Shown: positions 25,139 through 37,254 of the stretch, one piece after another
Numbering within the stretch: position 1 is the stretch's first letter
Layout: the number at the start of each line of letters is the position of its first letter
Assembly: GCA_965112155.1 (NCBI GenBank)
Contig: OZ218099.1
DNA: 64,000 nucleotides
From: Podarcis liolepis
Taxonomy: Eukaryota
Reading direction: 5' to 3' (one strand)
Translations under genes and position numbers: made by a program
The notes under the pieces: generated by a model
Told to the model about the DNA's origin: nothing
Database searches by the model: none
The model's input: only the letters and a program-made list of their open reading frames with translations

Positions 25139-25274
25139 CAGACATAGGCAAACTTGGCCCTCCAGATGTTTTGGGACTACAACTCCCATCATCCCTAGCT
25201 AACAGGGCCAGTGGTCAGGGATGGGGGGAGTTGTAGTCCCTAAACATCTGGAGGGCCGAGTTTGCCTATACCTG
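25139..25274. mobile_element. Palindromic hAT-type MITE
   Basis: 8-bp TSD ctctacag at 25131 and 25275; gactacaactcccatc core. Confidence 0.9.
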
Positions 25275-26077
25275 CTCTACAGACTCACTCACTACCTGTT
25301 TGCAATTAATTTTGCAATTAATGTGTTTGCAGGAGGGGATCTGTCTCTTTGTTGTTGTTTTTCCCAGGTACACCTGCCTGAGCTTGCACAGTAGTCACGG
25401 AACTAGAAGAAGATAAGAAGAGCCTGCTGACCAGACAGGTGCTTATGGGAAGGCTGCAAGCTGGAGATGAATGCACAAACACCTGCAATTCCCAACAAGT
25501 GGTACTGTATGGGAGCAGGCAACATCTGAAAGTGGAGGTGGAACTTTAGGGGTTTTCACCTTCTTTGAGACACCTGCCAATGGGAGGTCGAGTCCAACAT
25601 CATTCTCAGTCCCATCTTAGGCCTGCCACCTCTCTTTCATCTGCCTGCTAATAACTGGAATGAAAGCAACTGCAAACAGCCAAATCATGTCTGTTTCCAT
25701 TTCAGCTACGTTAAAGGAGACATTTTTCCCATGGGCTTTTTTCCTGAATGGTTCGACATAGCTGCATTAACGCTACAAACCTCAACCATTTTCAGTGTTT
25801 CAAGCTTAAACTGAGAAACCTTGGAATGCTGTGCAGGAGAGGGTATGGGCATATCTTTTCCTGCTGTATGTCATGAACTAGTTCACAGCACAGCATTCCC
25901 CAAATGCCTGAAGGGCAGAGCCAGAACACCATAATAAAGCAGGCTTAGGGGTGGATTGCAGCTTTCCCCAACCTGGTGCCCTCCAAATGGCCATGCTGGG
26001 GGGGGGGGACGTATCTGGAGGACCCCAGGTTAAGAAAGTTAGTCTGTGCCTATCCTGTAAGAAGTGTTCCTAATCTA

Positions 26078-26801
26078 TTTTTTTTTAATAAATAGCTTTA
26101 TCGTTTTAAAATGGATACATTTCTGCCAGGAAAGCAAACAAACCAACAAACAAATATACAATCAAATAAACAAATTATAAATTGACAGACAGTAGCAATA
26201 TATCAAACCTATCCATTCTTAAGGAAATCAGCCCTGAGTGCGCACTGGAAGAACAGATCCTGAAGCTGAGGCTCCAATACTTTGGCCACCTCATGAGAAG
26301 AGAAGACTCCCTGGAAAAGACCCTGATGTTGGGAAAGATGGAGGGCACAAGGAGAAGGGGAGGACAGAGGATGAGATGGTTGGACAGTGTTCTCGAAGCT
26401 ACCAGCATGAGTTTGACCAAACTACGGGAGGCAGTGGAAGACAGGAGTGCCTGGCGTGCTCTGGTTCATGAGGTCACGAAGAGTCGGACACGACTAAATG
26501 ACTAAACAACAACAAAACAATATATGAAACAACACAATTCTTATAACTAACATCCTTTGTACTCCCAGTGATGTGAACGATTGTAAAACTTGTAAAACAA
26601 GAAATTAAAAATGACTTCCAATTAGTCTCGCTGTACTTTATCTGTTGATTATCTTATACCGCACAGTTACATATTTCTTATATAGTTTCTGTTAACTTCC
26701 CTACAAACTTATATTTATACAATGCAAGGTTTAGTCTAATTCTGCCAAGAAGTTTTCTTTTATACCGTAATTTTTTAAGTACTCTCTCTCTCTTTTTTAA
26801 C
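26078..26801 (-). mobile_element. L1-like LINE 3' end containing a nested BovB
   Basis: 16-bp TSD aagtgttcctaatcta (26062-26077 and 26802-26817); poly(A) on the minus strand; ORF-end-like EYLKNYGIKENFLAELD*. Confidence 0.75.
26202..26517 (+). mobile_element. BovB 3' fragment
   Basis: Encodes SNLSILKEISPECALEEQILKLRLQYFGHLMRR...; TSD caatatat at 26196-26203 and 26518-26525. Confidence 0.93.
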
Positions 26802-26866
26802 AAGTGTTCCTAATCTAATGCTGCCTTTAACCTGGATTATAGCTTTGTAGTCCAAACAGTGCTTCC

Positions 26867-26992
26867 TAGAGCATGGAGCTGATAACACCAAGGTTGCAGG
26901 TTCAGTCCCCATATATTCCTGCACTGCAGGGGGGTTGACTAGATGATCCTGAAGGTCCCTTCCAACTCTACAATTCTATGATTCTGTGATTC
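26867..26992 (+). mobile_element. tRNA-Ile-like-headed SINE with a CR1-like tail
   Basis: tagagcatggagctgataacaccaaggttgcaggttc resembles tRNA-Ile; tail as at 11613. Confidence 0.7.
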
Positions 26993-29651
26993 ATACTGGT
27001 AACAAGTTAGGACTAGGGAAACAAAGCATACTAAAATGTAAGAGTTTTTTCTGATAAAATATGACCTTGCATATTTGGTGCAAAAGAAAAAGAAAAGAAA
27101 AGAAAACCCAACTGCATACAGAACAATACGCACCGGTTACTCACTGCAAAGTATCAGCTTGTTGTACTTTATTTATCTTTTGCCACAACAAGGAATCATA
27201 AAGAATAGAACAGATGGGAAGTGGGGGTGGAGAGGGGGTGAAATAGCTGCAGCAAACAAACACTGGGAGAGAAAAAAAGCTCTAGTGAACTGTGGTGTCT
27301 CCCAGCATTGAAATACTCAGAAAAATTAACAGGTTTATCAAGTGTTTGCAAGGAGGTTATGTGATGTCATTGATTTACTGAGCACTCATTTCTTATTTGT
27401 TTGCAGGGAAGTTAGAAAACATGCCATACAACACTTCCCAGTCTATTTTTCTACCACTTTGCTTATTACAAAAAGGTCCCATCTGGGGGAGGAAGCCAGT
27501 TTGCTTTAAGAGCACCATATTAACATTCATTCATTCATTAATCAACCTGATTAATCAACCTGAATTTCCTGGTACATGATCTGAATCCCACCTGAAAATA
27601 GCAATGGTCTGGAAGCATCCTTTGAGCAATTCACTGTTCAGAAATCACCTTTCCCAAATGGCCCAGGGCCACCTCTGAATGCATGTGTGGAGCTACTTTT
27701 GTGAATGCACCTATGTATCAAACTCGCCTTGTATGCAGAAGGTTAATAACCCTGGTGAAACCTTGCAGCATCCATGATGTGCAAAGTTTCCCAAGTTGGC
27801 AAAGCAGGTGCTTTCAAACAATGTGCACTCTGAGATGACCCTAGCAGACGAGGGCTATGCCAAACGTGCTCTCCAGACACCCTCAAAAAGAAGGAACCAA
27901 AGAACACACTTATTGCAGAAAAGCAGCAGCAGGAAAGCTTTCGCTGCATCGATTTCAACAACACCCACTTGTGTGTTCAATGCTAAACCACTTGAAACCT
28001 CTCAGAAGGAAATCAGGCCAGGAGGCTGAGCAACAGGACCAAGGGCACAGGAGAGGTTCCTGGGCTGATCAATGCATCAGCATCCATCCAATTCTTCTCA
28101 GAAGCAGCTGTCCCATTTTGTCAGTTCAGACCTGGTCCCGGCAACTGCGTCTCAGCCTTACAGGTGCATCACCTCTTCACAGTCTGCCAGAGCCAGTCGA
28201 AAGCCAAACAAAGAGCAGACTCGAGGAAAAATGCCTTTTGCACAGCTAGGTAGTAAAGCTGCCAGCGTAGGCGGAGAAGGTCCTCTAACTCTGCAGGGAA
28301 AAGGTATTTCCCAGAGGCCTCATGATGCAATCACAAGACTGTAGATCTTAATAAGAGGCCGTTAAAGTGACAGAGTCTCGGCGCCCCTAAAGCCCACTCA
28401 TTCTGAGGCTATTTGCTGTGACTGTGGCTAATCTGTGCTGGCTGGAGGAGACAAGGGCAGGCTGATGGATAGAGCCAGTCTTCAGTTAAAAGTTACTGGC
28501 CTCCTTGTGATCCCATCAAGCCAGGAAAACTCTCTCCTCTTGCATCGGGCGTCTCCTCCTCCTCCTCCGCCTCTCCTTCATGCTGGCTTCTGAATGCCGC
28601 TGTGCAAAGCATCCCAACCTTCACAACATCAGCACAGGTACTACATTCTTAATAAGTGCCGAGTAAATTGCCCGGCTCTGAGGCTGTTACTTTTGGCAGC
28701 AGTATCTTTGCTTGGTCACTGAATAAAGGAGCATTCTGTCTGTCACACATGACTGTCGCACGGCTGCCTGGCTTTCTCAAGGCCATGCTAGACATGGGCA
28801 TCAGCAGATCAGTGTATTTAAACCTGGATCTGCTGCCATGGCCAAGAACATGGGTGGGGGAGATGGGTGCCCCTGTTTGAGGAATAAAACAGATGTGTGG
28901 GTGAGAGAAGCTCTTCTCTCAATTTACACCCCCACAGCCCCTCTCCCTTACTCCTTGTCTTCCAGTTCAGGGGTCCCACCACTGGAAGTGACTCGAGCAG
29001 CAAGCTTGGGGGATGAAAGGAAAAAGGCTGAGGAAAGCACTTTTTGCCCCTTAAATTAGGCTCCTCCACAAACGGCTTCCTGTATTATTGCATACCCTGC
29101 AACATTCTGGGAGGGCAAAGCAGGACACCCACCCTCACCCACCCAATCTCCACTCACCTTTGTCCTTGTCCACCTGCTCTCTGCTCACCCTTGCCCACCT
29201 GCCCACCAGCCACATGAATCCACATGAACCCTGGGGCGAAGGCAGACCGCGGGGCACCTTCAAAGCCAATGGAGCCATCCATAAAACAGGGCACTTGGCA
29301 GATATGTTATTGCAGCAATCTGGATTTAAGAACACAGCTCTGGTGATGTTGATATTTGGTTTGGCCCTCAGGCGGAGCACAATATGGAATTGGCAGGGGG
29401 GATAAATACTCAGTGGAGGGAATTATTATTTTCTTCAACTTTTCACCATTTGATACAAAAGTACCTGAAGCTCTGAGTGCCAGACACCTCCATGTGGAGA
29501 GGGGGAAGAGAGAAGCCAGCTGGACAAGAGCAGGAGAGAGGCCCAGGGGCCTGGGGATGGAGAAGAACTTGGCCACCTCTCCAGAGCTTATTTGATGGGC
29601 ATTTTTGGAGGGACATTCAGAATGCGTTCCAGCCACCACAGCAGGACACAC

Positions 29652-29796
29652 CTGAGAGGCGGGAAGAGTTGGCCCTGCTGAAGGAGAGAGGAGCCTGGAA
29701 AGCGTAGACGTTGTCGCCCTCTGAGATGGTGTTCAGGTCCTCGTCGTCCGAGAAGGAGCACCGGAACCCTGACTGGCCCAGCTCAGCCAGGATCAC
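29652..29796 (-). CDS. USP43: USP43 exon (~6): VILAELGQSGFRCSFSDDEDLNTISEGDNVYAFQAPLSFSRANSSRLS(G)
   Basis: ctgcag acceptor, CAG|gtgtgt donor, 145 nt, phase 0 to 1. Confidence 0.92.
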
Positions 29797-29884
29797 CTGC
29801 AGCGGCAGAGTAAAATGGTGAGGGCCTTGCAAGGCTTGAGGACATAGGCAGTATATGAGGAAAGGAAAACCTCCTTGGCTTATA

Positions 29885-30129
29885 CAGTGGTACCTCGGGT
29901 TACAGTCGCTTCAGGTTACAGTCGCTTCAGGTTACAGACTCCGCTAACCCAGAAATAGTACCTCATGTTAAGAACTTTGCTTCAGGATGAGAGCAGAAAT
30001 CGTGCGGTGGTGACGGCGCGGCGGCAGCGGGAGGCCCCATTAGCTAAAGTGGTGCTTCAGGTTAAGAACAGTTTCAGGTTAAGAACAGACCTTCAGAACA
30101 AATTAAGTTCTTAACCAGAGGTACCACTG
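29885..30129 (-). mobile_element. CAGTGGTACC MITE (orientation B), 245 of the 394 bp of the exon 5-6 intron
   Basis: TIRs and TA TSD. Confidence 0.9.
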
Positions 30130-30190
30130 TATGCATTTCGCAGGGAACAAGGGCACCCAGAGCATGGGGGCAGGAACAAGTCTGGCTTAC

Positions 30191-30326
30191 CTGGTCAGGT
30201 GAAATCTTGCCTTCCTCTGCCACCATTTCCCTCAGCTTTGCCACGGTGCTGAGGAGAGGCACAGCCAGGCCCACACGCACAAATCGCTGGCTCTTGGATT
30301 GGAAGACAAGGGTGACGTTCAAGGGC
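30191..30326 (-). CDS. USP43: USP43 exon (~5): PLNVTLVFQSKSQRFVRVGLAVPLLSTVAKLREMVAEEGKISPDQ
   Basis: ttccctccag acceptor, CAG|gtaagc donor, 136 nt, phase 2 to 0. Confidence 0.95.
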
Positions 30327-32158
30327 CTGGAGGGAAAGGGGCCGGGAAAGGGAACTTAGAATGGTGCAGCAAAATGGCCGCCAAATGGCAGTCCTGCCCC
30401 ACCCTGGTGAGATACAGGGTGCATCCAGAGCCCTGGGACCCATATAAATAATAAAATTATTGTCAGCTCTGAAGGCAGCCCTGAACAGTGAAATTTTTAA
30501 TGTTTGGGCTTCCCAAAGTAGATCTCAGGGTTCTAGTAAACAAAAGTAAAAAAAAAAGCCTAACAGCAAAGTAGATCCTACAAGCCTGAGGTCTGCCCAT
30601 GCCTGCTTTAGATACACTGGTCTCTTCTCCCCTGCATGCAATCCTCTGTCTTCCTTTGCTCCAGCAACAGCCGACAAATGGGAGCTGCCTACCAGAGGCC
30701 TGGGTAAGCCCTCTAGCTATTAAAGAAAAGATGCACCAAGCATCAGCCATGGCAAGCAGAACTGGGAGCGCCGTTGCTAGAAGTTGGTGACTGGCTGTGA
30801 CTGCAAGATTTTAGCTGGAGGGGAAAGTCATTACAGGCTCATCTGCAGTCTGCACAGGACAGACTCCACATGTACTCCTGCACCATCAGAAAAGAGATGT
30901 CAGAGGAGTCTAGTTAGCTCCGCATTTGGGAGTGAAACTACCCACTGGGGCGGAGGAACAACAGACCCATCTGTGGATCAAAAACAGATAAATGTGAATA
31001 ATGTGGATTAATCTACGGAGAGTGAGTGAAGATTGAGCGGGTGGGTGGGTCTATAGAATTTATGAACACAATCCAGCACTCCTGGTAAGCACCCAAACAT
31101 CATAAAGTGAAGTCTCTTCCTGGGAAAGTATACAGAAATAAAGATGGCTGGCCCATGTACCTACTGGGGGGGCATTTCCTCACTCCCACTCAACGCAACA
31201 TCCTTGTAAAGTTACCAAGTACATGGAGGAAAATATCTTTTTTTTCCCCCAGGACTTGCAAGTTATGGTGATGGGTTACATCTTGGGAGCATTTTTAAAG
31301 ACTTTTAAAAACTTTCCTGGTTTTAATGCTTAGTAGAACCATGCAGATAAATGGACAGCATGGACTAGTTACTGCTGGCTGGTGTGTATGTGTGTGTATG
31401 TGTGTTTGCAGAGCCAACTTGTACAGAGAGAGACAATGTTTTGCTGGGTGGGAGTGGGAAAACCCTCAGAAATGACTCAAAAGTGCAAGTGAATAGGGCT
31501 ATCTCTGTAGGTGACCATTGCAGTTGCCTTGCCAACTCCCAATAGATGTGCAGAGGAGTCTGTATGCACTGATTCTGAGAGGGGAAAGGTCCTGCTTTGG
31601 TTGGACAAAAAGACAGTCTGCTTTCTCCTCGGGGAAAACTAAGAATATGCAGGCTTTTCTGCACCTGAAATGGGGCTGATGAAGAAATCTGCCTGGGGGG
31701 AATAGCAGACCACTTCACTGATCTTTACTACTAGGCACTACTCAGAGAGGCTGGACCAGGGATGCCTGAGCAATTTGGTTTTTGCTAATTTCACTAGGAG
31801 CTGACCTGATAATCCTCCCCCTCCCAGACTAATGTATGAATCGGAACTCAGGCTGCAGTCCTGGACTCAGTTCCATGGGAGTAAACCCCACTGAACTCAA
31901 AGGGAGTTTGCGGATCAAGAACATATCAAAATGCATGCACATTTTGAAAGAAAATAAATTTCAAAATACATTTTAAAAAGAATATTAAAATGTGAATTTT
32001 CATGCAGCTTTTCTTTGAAATCATAAATTCATGCAGAAGTGGGGTGCAAGGGAGTTACGGGTCAATGCATGCAGAAGAGACACAGACCTGATTGGACTGA
32101 TTCGTCATTTCCCTAGTTAGGATCTGGGAGAGAAAGTGTGGGTACTTGGCTCACATAC

Positions 32159-32251
32159 CTGGTCTGGCGCAAAGGGATGGGCAATGAGATGCACAGGAAG
32201 GGATCAAAGGTGTTGCTCTGTTTTAGGCAGTGAGGGCAAGTCAAGGAGGAC
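32159..32251 (-). CDS. USP43: USP43 exon (~4): SSLTCPHCLKQSNTFDPFLCISLPIPLRQT(R), first zinc-ribbon CxxC
   Basis: ctttctag acceptor, AG|gtatgt donor, 93 nt, phase 2 to 2. Confidence 0.96.
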
Positions 32252-34604
32252 CTAGAAAGGGAGGGAGAGAAACATTGTCAGATCCCACGGCAAGGGATAA
32301 CTACACCAGTGAAAATGTAGGGCTGACCTCCCATTTTGTATTCTAGAAGTCTGAAGCTCATATCTGGCCTCAAGGCTTAAAAGGAGAACTTGTGGAATGC
32401 AGAAATAACTAAGGTCCTAGGAGGTCACCCCTTGTCAAATTTGCCCGTTAACAATTTGGAAATAAACACTGCTGAGGTCCATGAGACTTGCTTCCCAGTA
32501 AATTTGTTTAGATTTACCATTTTAATCTCACAGGTACAGTTGCCTTGCTCCAGCCAAAGGGCTGTCCAGGGGGCCCCTTGTTCTACAAAAAGAGGGTTGA
32601 GTCAGTAGACTCCCCCAGAAGAATGACCACAAGGAAGATCTGCACCCAGTCTACGAGTATTATCAAAAGCAGCATGATACTGAAGTCACTTTGAGGAGCT
32701 TAAGATCAGACAGTTAATAGTTCTAAATTTGTATCCCTGTAAATTGACTTGCCATAAATGAATACACTCTTCCCTGTCCCCCAGGCAACAACATTTTTGG
32801 TTACTACACTCATGCTCATCCTCTATGTCACTGTGACCAGTTCCATGTCACAACTGACGATTCTTTTATCTACAGGGTAGATACTACAAAATATTTCGAA
32901 GCTCTTATCGCTGAATGAAACTTTTCTCTCCCATAGTTGCCCTGGGGTGGGAACATGTTTTACACACATGCTGGAAAACAAAGCTGACCCCTCAGCTCAC
33001 ATCCAACACTGAGTTCACTGTAATAACCAAATCACGTTTTGTTCATCCAGCATAGTGTCTCTTCCTGACACTTGTTTGTAGCCTCATAGCGCCAAATCCA
33101 TTTTTGTGATGGAGACATTCTGTGCTTCACCAAGATAATTTGTGGCTGACTGAAGCAATCCCCTTGATGCATATCAATACATACCCTTGGTTTCAAAGAA
33201 CAGATAAAAGACCAAAGCTACAGTACTGCGAGCAGGGCTCATCCCTGCTCTTTCTAGGCACAGGTCCACCCTTTAAAGTCAGAGTGGTTATTTTCTGCCC
33301 CACTGCTTTCCCCAAGAAAACTGCTCTTTAATGCTGAATCAGAACAAATGGCAATTTGTGCTGTTTGCTCCAATTCAGCAGTAAAGAGTGGGTTTTCCAC
33401 AAGTAGCCCTCCACCTAGCAGGGCTAGCCCATTCCACCAGAAGCAGACTTATTTCCTCAGCAGTGAACAGAGCCGATCATCAGAAGTGAGACCAGCTTTT
33501 AATGAGATTGGCTCAGTGGTGCAAGTCCTAGCCAGTTAATGGGATTGCACCTAACAAGATTACCTGGGAGTTCAGGCTCCAGTATGTGACATAAAAATAA
33601 AAGATTCCCCAAAAGGAAGAAGTGAGGGTTAGACTCAACATGCAGGGCTGAATCCATTCTAGGAAGGAAAACAATCAGCTACCTCTAATAATAGAAAGTT
33701 ATCTTCACCTATGTGGATACTTCAGGTAAGTCCCTTTTTCATCAGTGGTGCAGTCTCACTTAAATATACAGGTGTGCTTTCAGAAGGATGCAGGTAACAC
33801 CCTTCATCATATCATGCCCCCCAAAAGCACTACTGCATCTGCTTTTCTGTAGCACAGTTTTGCTAAATGTGTACCAGAAATAACCCAAAACACCCCCTTT
33901 GGACATGCATTTGTAGGCATGGAGGCACCGTGCATTACACAACATAGGATTTGGCATTCAGTTAGACCAATCCATTGCACTAAACAGAGTTCTAGCAGAT
34001 ACATGTACAAGGCTCAGCTCTTGTACCTGTGAAGGAACAAAAATGGAGAAGGTGTTTGAATGCTTGGCCTCCCCCCATCGAGAAACTGCAGCCAACATCT
34101 CGAGGCTAATGGCCAAACTAAATGTGACAGGAGATCAGATTGGCCAATGGATTTTTCTTTGTTAAAAGGTGTTGCAGGGGAGAAGGAAAGATTTGGATCA
34201 AGGGCACAGCACTGGGAGACAGTCTACCCCCCCCCCACTACCGCCATCATTTACATTTAAATCTGCCCTCTAGGAAGCTGGTATTTGTTATGGAGGGGTG
34301 GGGAGTCAGGTATTGTGTAGCAGGAGCCACTTTGCTCTGTACTTAAAGCTTGCCCTATCTCCTTCTTTGCAGCTACCCTTGAAATATTATTTTAAAAGAC
34401 ACCGAGTCCTATTTTTATCTGCATTCTTTTGCTCCCACTCACTTTCACACAACCACACTGCATGCACTAGCAGTCTGACTTTGCCAAGGTGAAACCATCA
34501 GGAGAAGCAGACCACCTCCCCTCCCTCCAGAATTTGACATCTGGTGCACTATTTGGCCTCCTAGATCATCATCACCACCATCGTCATTTAATTAATGAGG
34601 AACA

Positions 34605-34743
34605 CAGCTCAGTCAGTAGAGCATCTTAATCTCAGGGCCATGGATTCGAGCCAACGCTGTGGGAGCAGGATTCCTGCATTGCAAAGGGTTGGACTAGATG
34701 GGCCTTGTAGTCCCTGCCGACTCTGCAATTCTATGATTCTATA
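34605..34743 (+). mobile_element. tRNA-Lys-headed SINE with a CR1-like tail (internally deleted)
   Basis: Similar to 11613. Confidence 0.7.
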
Positions 34744-37240
34744 AAGCCAAAGGCCCATCTGGTCCACTAATGTTCTTAACAGTGGCCTACCGGATTCCTA
34801 TGGGAAGCTTACAAGCAGAACCTGCGTGCAATAGCACTTTCCTCACTTGCGATTCCCAGCATGTCAGAGGCATGGTGTCTCTGATCCTGGAGTTAACACA
34901 TAACCATCAAGATAGCCTTATCCCAATGAATGTGCTTAATCCCCTTTTAATGCTGTCAAAGGCAGCAGCCATCATTACACCGTGTGATAGCAAATTCCAT
35001 AGCTTAACTGTAAGAAGAGTCCTGGTGGATAAGATCAAAGGGGGGAATGGATGTCTCTGATTGCAGTAGGACTCCAAGTTCTCTCTCACACACACATTTA
35101 AGGAAAGGCCTCAATATCGGAGAGCCGGAGCACATTTCCCACGGAAGAAAGGCTGAAGTATTGGGGGAGGGATTCGTTTAGAAAATGCCTGAAGGGGGGG
35201 AATGGCACTGAGGTTTACAAAATTATGCACGGAAAGAGAAACAGAGAGGGAGAGAGATCCATCTCTCCCCCCCCCCCTCCTTCTGCCATAATACTAGAAG
35301 TTGCGATCACACAACGATTCTGATGAAGGGGTAGATTTAGGACAGACAAAAGAAAGTACTGTTTTCACACAGCTAATGGAATTTGCCACCAGAAAGATGT
35401 GGGGACGGGCGCTACCTTAGATGTCTTCGAAAGAGGATTAGACAAATTCGCAGAGGGGGAATCGGTCTGTCAGTGACTATTGACCGTAATAGCTCAACCC
35501 CAAGCTCAGAGGCAGTTGCTGGGCGGGCGGGGGAGTGTGGGGGGAGGTCAAAGAACAGAAGAGGGTTGTTCCCTTTGTATCTGGGCTGCGCAGAAGCATC
35601 TGACTGAGCACTGTGGGAAAGAGGATTCTGTGCTAGGAGGAACTTTGGAGTGATCCAGCGGGGCTCTCTTTACCTTCCCTGATCACAGTGCCAGAATACA
35701 AGAATGGCTATCAATGGCGCTGTGGCGGCTCCCCCCACCCCCCACCCAAAGACCACGCATGAGTAAGAAACCCTGGCAAACTCAATCTCCCACCTGCTGC
35801 CATTCCCGCTCAGGTACCAAGTTTTGAAGAAGTACTCTATCCAAGCTCCGCAGGGATATTATATATATTTAATGGAAATAGCCAGTTCACCTCCCGAGCT
35901 CTCGCTCTCACGTCCTCCCCCCCCCAAACACGCACACACACTCGCGTCCTAAATTAAAGTCAAGCCAAACTCCGAGCCCTACTTTTTCCATTCCTTCACC
36001 AGCCAGCTCAGAGCAGAGCAGCACTGCACCATTAATAGATCGTTTGCATATAGACAGGCTTTGACGCACAGATCTGAGGTTGGCAGGCTGAAAATGAAAG
36101 CAGCCCTTTTTAATAAGCATTAATGGGAAAGGGATTAATTGGGGAGTGGAGAGCCACTTGGCATGCCTGGCGTGTCTCTCTCTGCCAACCAGCACAATGG
36201 GAAAGGGGGCCTTGGGGGGGCACATGGGGTTAGGCTGGGCGTGGGGGAGGCTGGCCTCAGCAAGGAGAGATCTAAAGCTCTTCTTCTGCTTCACTGCAGA
36301 AGGTGGATGGAATCTTAAAACTGCCTCAGATACTGTGGAAACTGCAACCACCACATGTAGGCGCTATCGGAGAATAGATTTGCAGCAATTTTTAATGATG
36401 TGGTCCGGAGCAAAACAACAGAGCCTCTGCTAATCAAGGGTGCAATTGTGTTGACTATTTAAGGAGTCCTGGGTGCTCCTTTTTATTTTTAATGAAAACC
36501 TAAACTTCTTTCAATTTTGGAAACCGATAAAATGTGTGCATTTGTTCATTTCTCTTCCACAATAATTGTTCAGCTCCACTAGGCACATGGAAGGACATGA
36601 AGATAAAAAGAGTAATGACACCCTGTTGCTTCCTAGCTGCCTGTCCTTCCCTTGTACACCAACCTGTCTCCCTGGCTTCTGAGATTACACCAACCATTGC
36701 CCACAGAAATAATTAAACTCACCTTCATTGCCATAAGGGCTAGAAACCTGCCCCCCCCCCCACCCTCTGCTAATCTCAGGCTACTGAATTTAATGCTCCT
36801 TGCAGAGCACACACAAAAACATGGTGTATATATACACACAGCACAGGCAGAAAACCACGTAGAGCAACTGCCCTGCACTTCTATTAGTTTTTGTGATGGC
36901 TCACGCTAGGAAATAAAGCCCGTCAAAATGAGACTTCTCCAGAGCTCAGGAAGGGGCCAGTTCTGTCACACGGGGCCATTTCAATTTCCTGCCGGAAAGG
37001 CTGTTTTTGTTCACAGGATGCAAGCTGGGAAGTGGCGTGTGGCATGCAAAGCAACGCAGGGTGGGGTGAGGGTGCCTTTTTCTCTGAGCGCATTTCCAGG
37101 TGGAAATGCTTGCTCGCATGGATATCAGCCGGGGAAAGTAAGGTGCTGGAAAAGTGGCTTCCTGGAGCCTAGCGTGTGCCCCTGCGGCGGCGTTTGCCTA
37201 GCTACCACCACGCCAGCCACCCTTTCAAACACTACAACGG

Positions 37241-37254
37241 GTTGCCATGGAGAT
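37241..37254. promoter_or_regulatory. Candidate RFX X-box
   Basis: gttgccatggagat resembles the consensus GTTGCCATGGCAAC, in non-repeat intron; motif match only. Confidence 0.3.
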
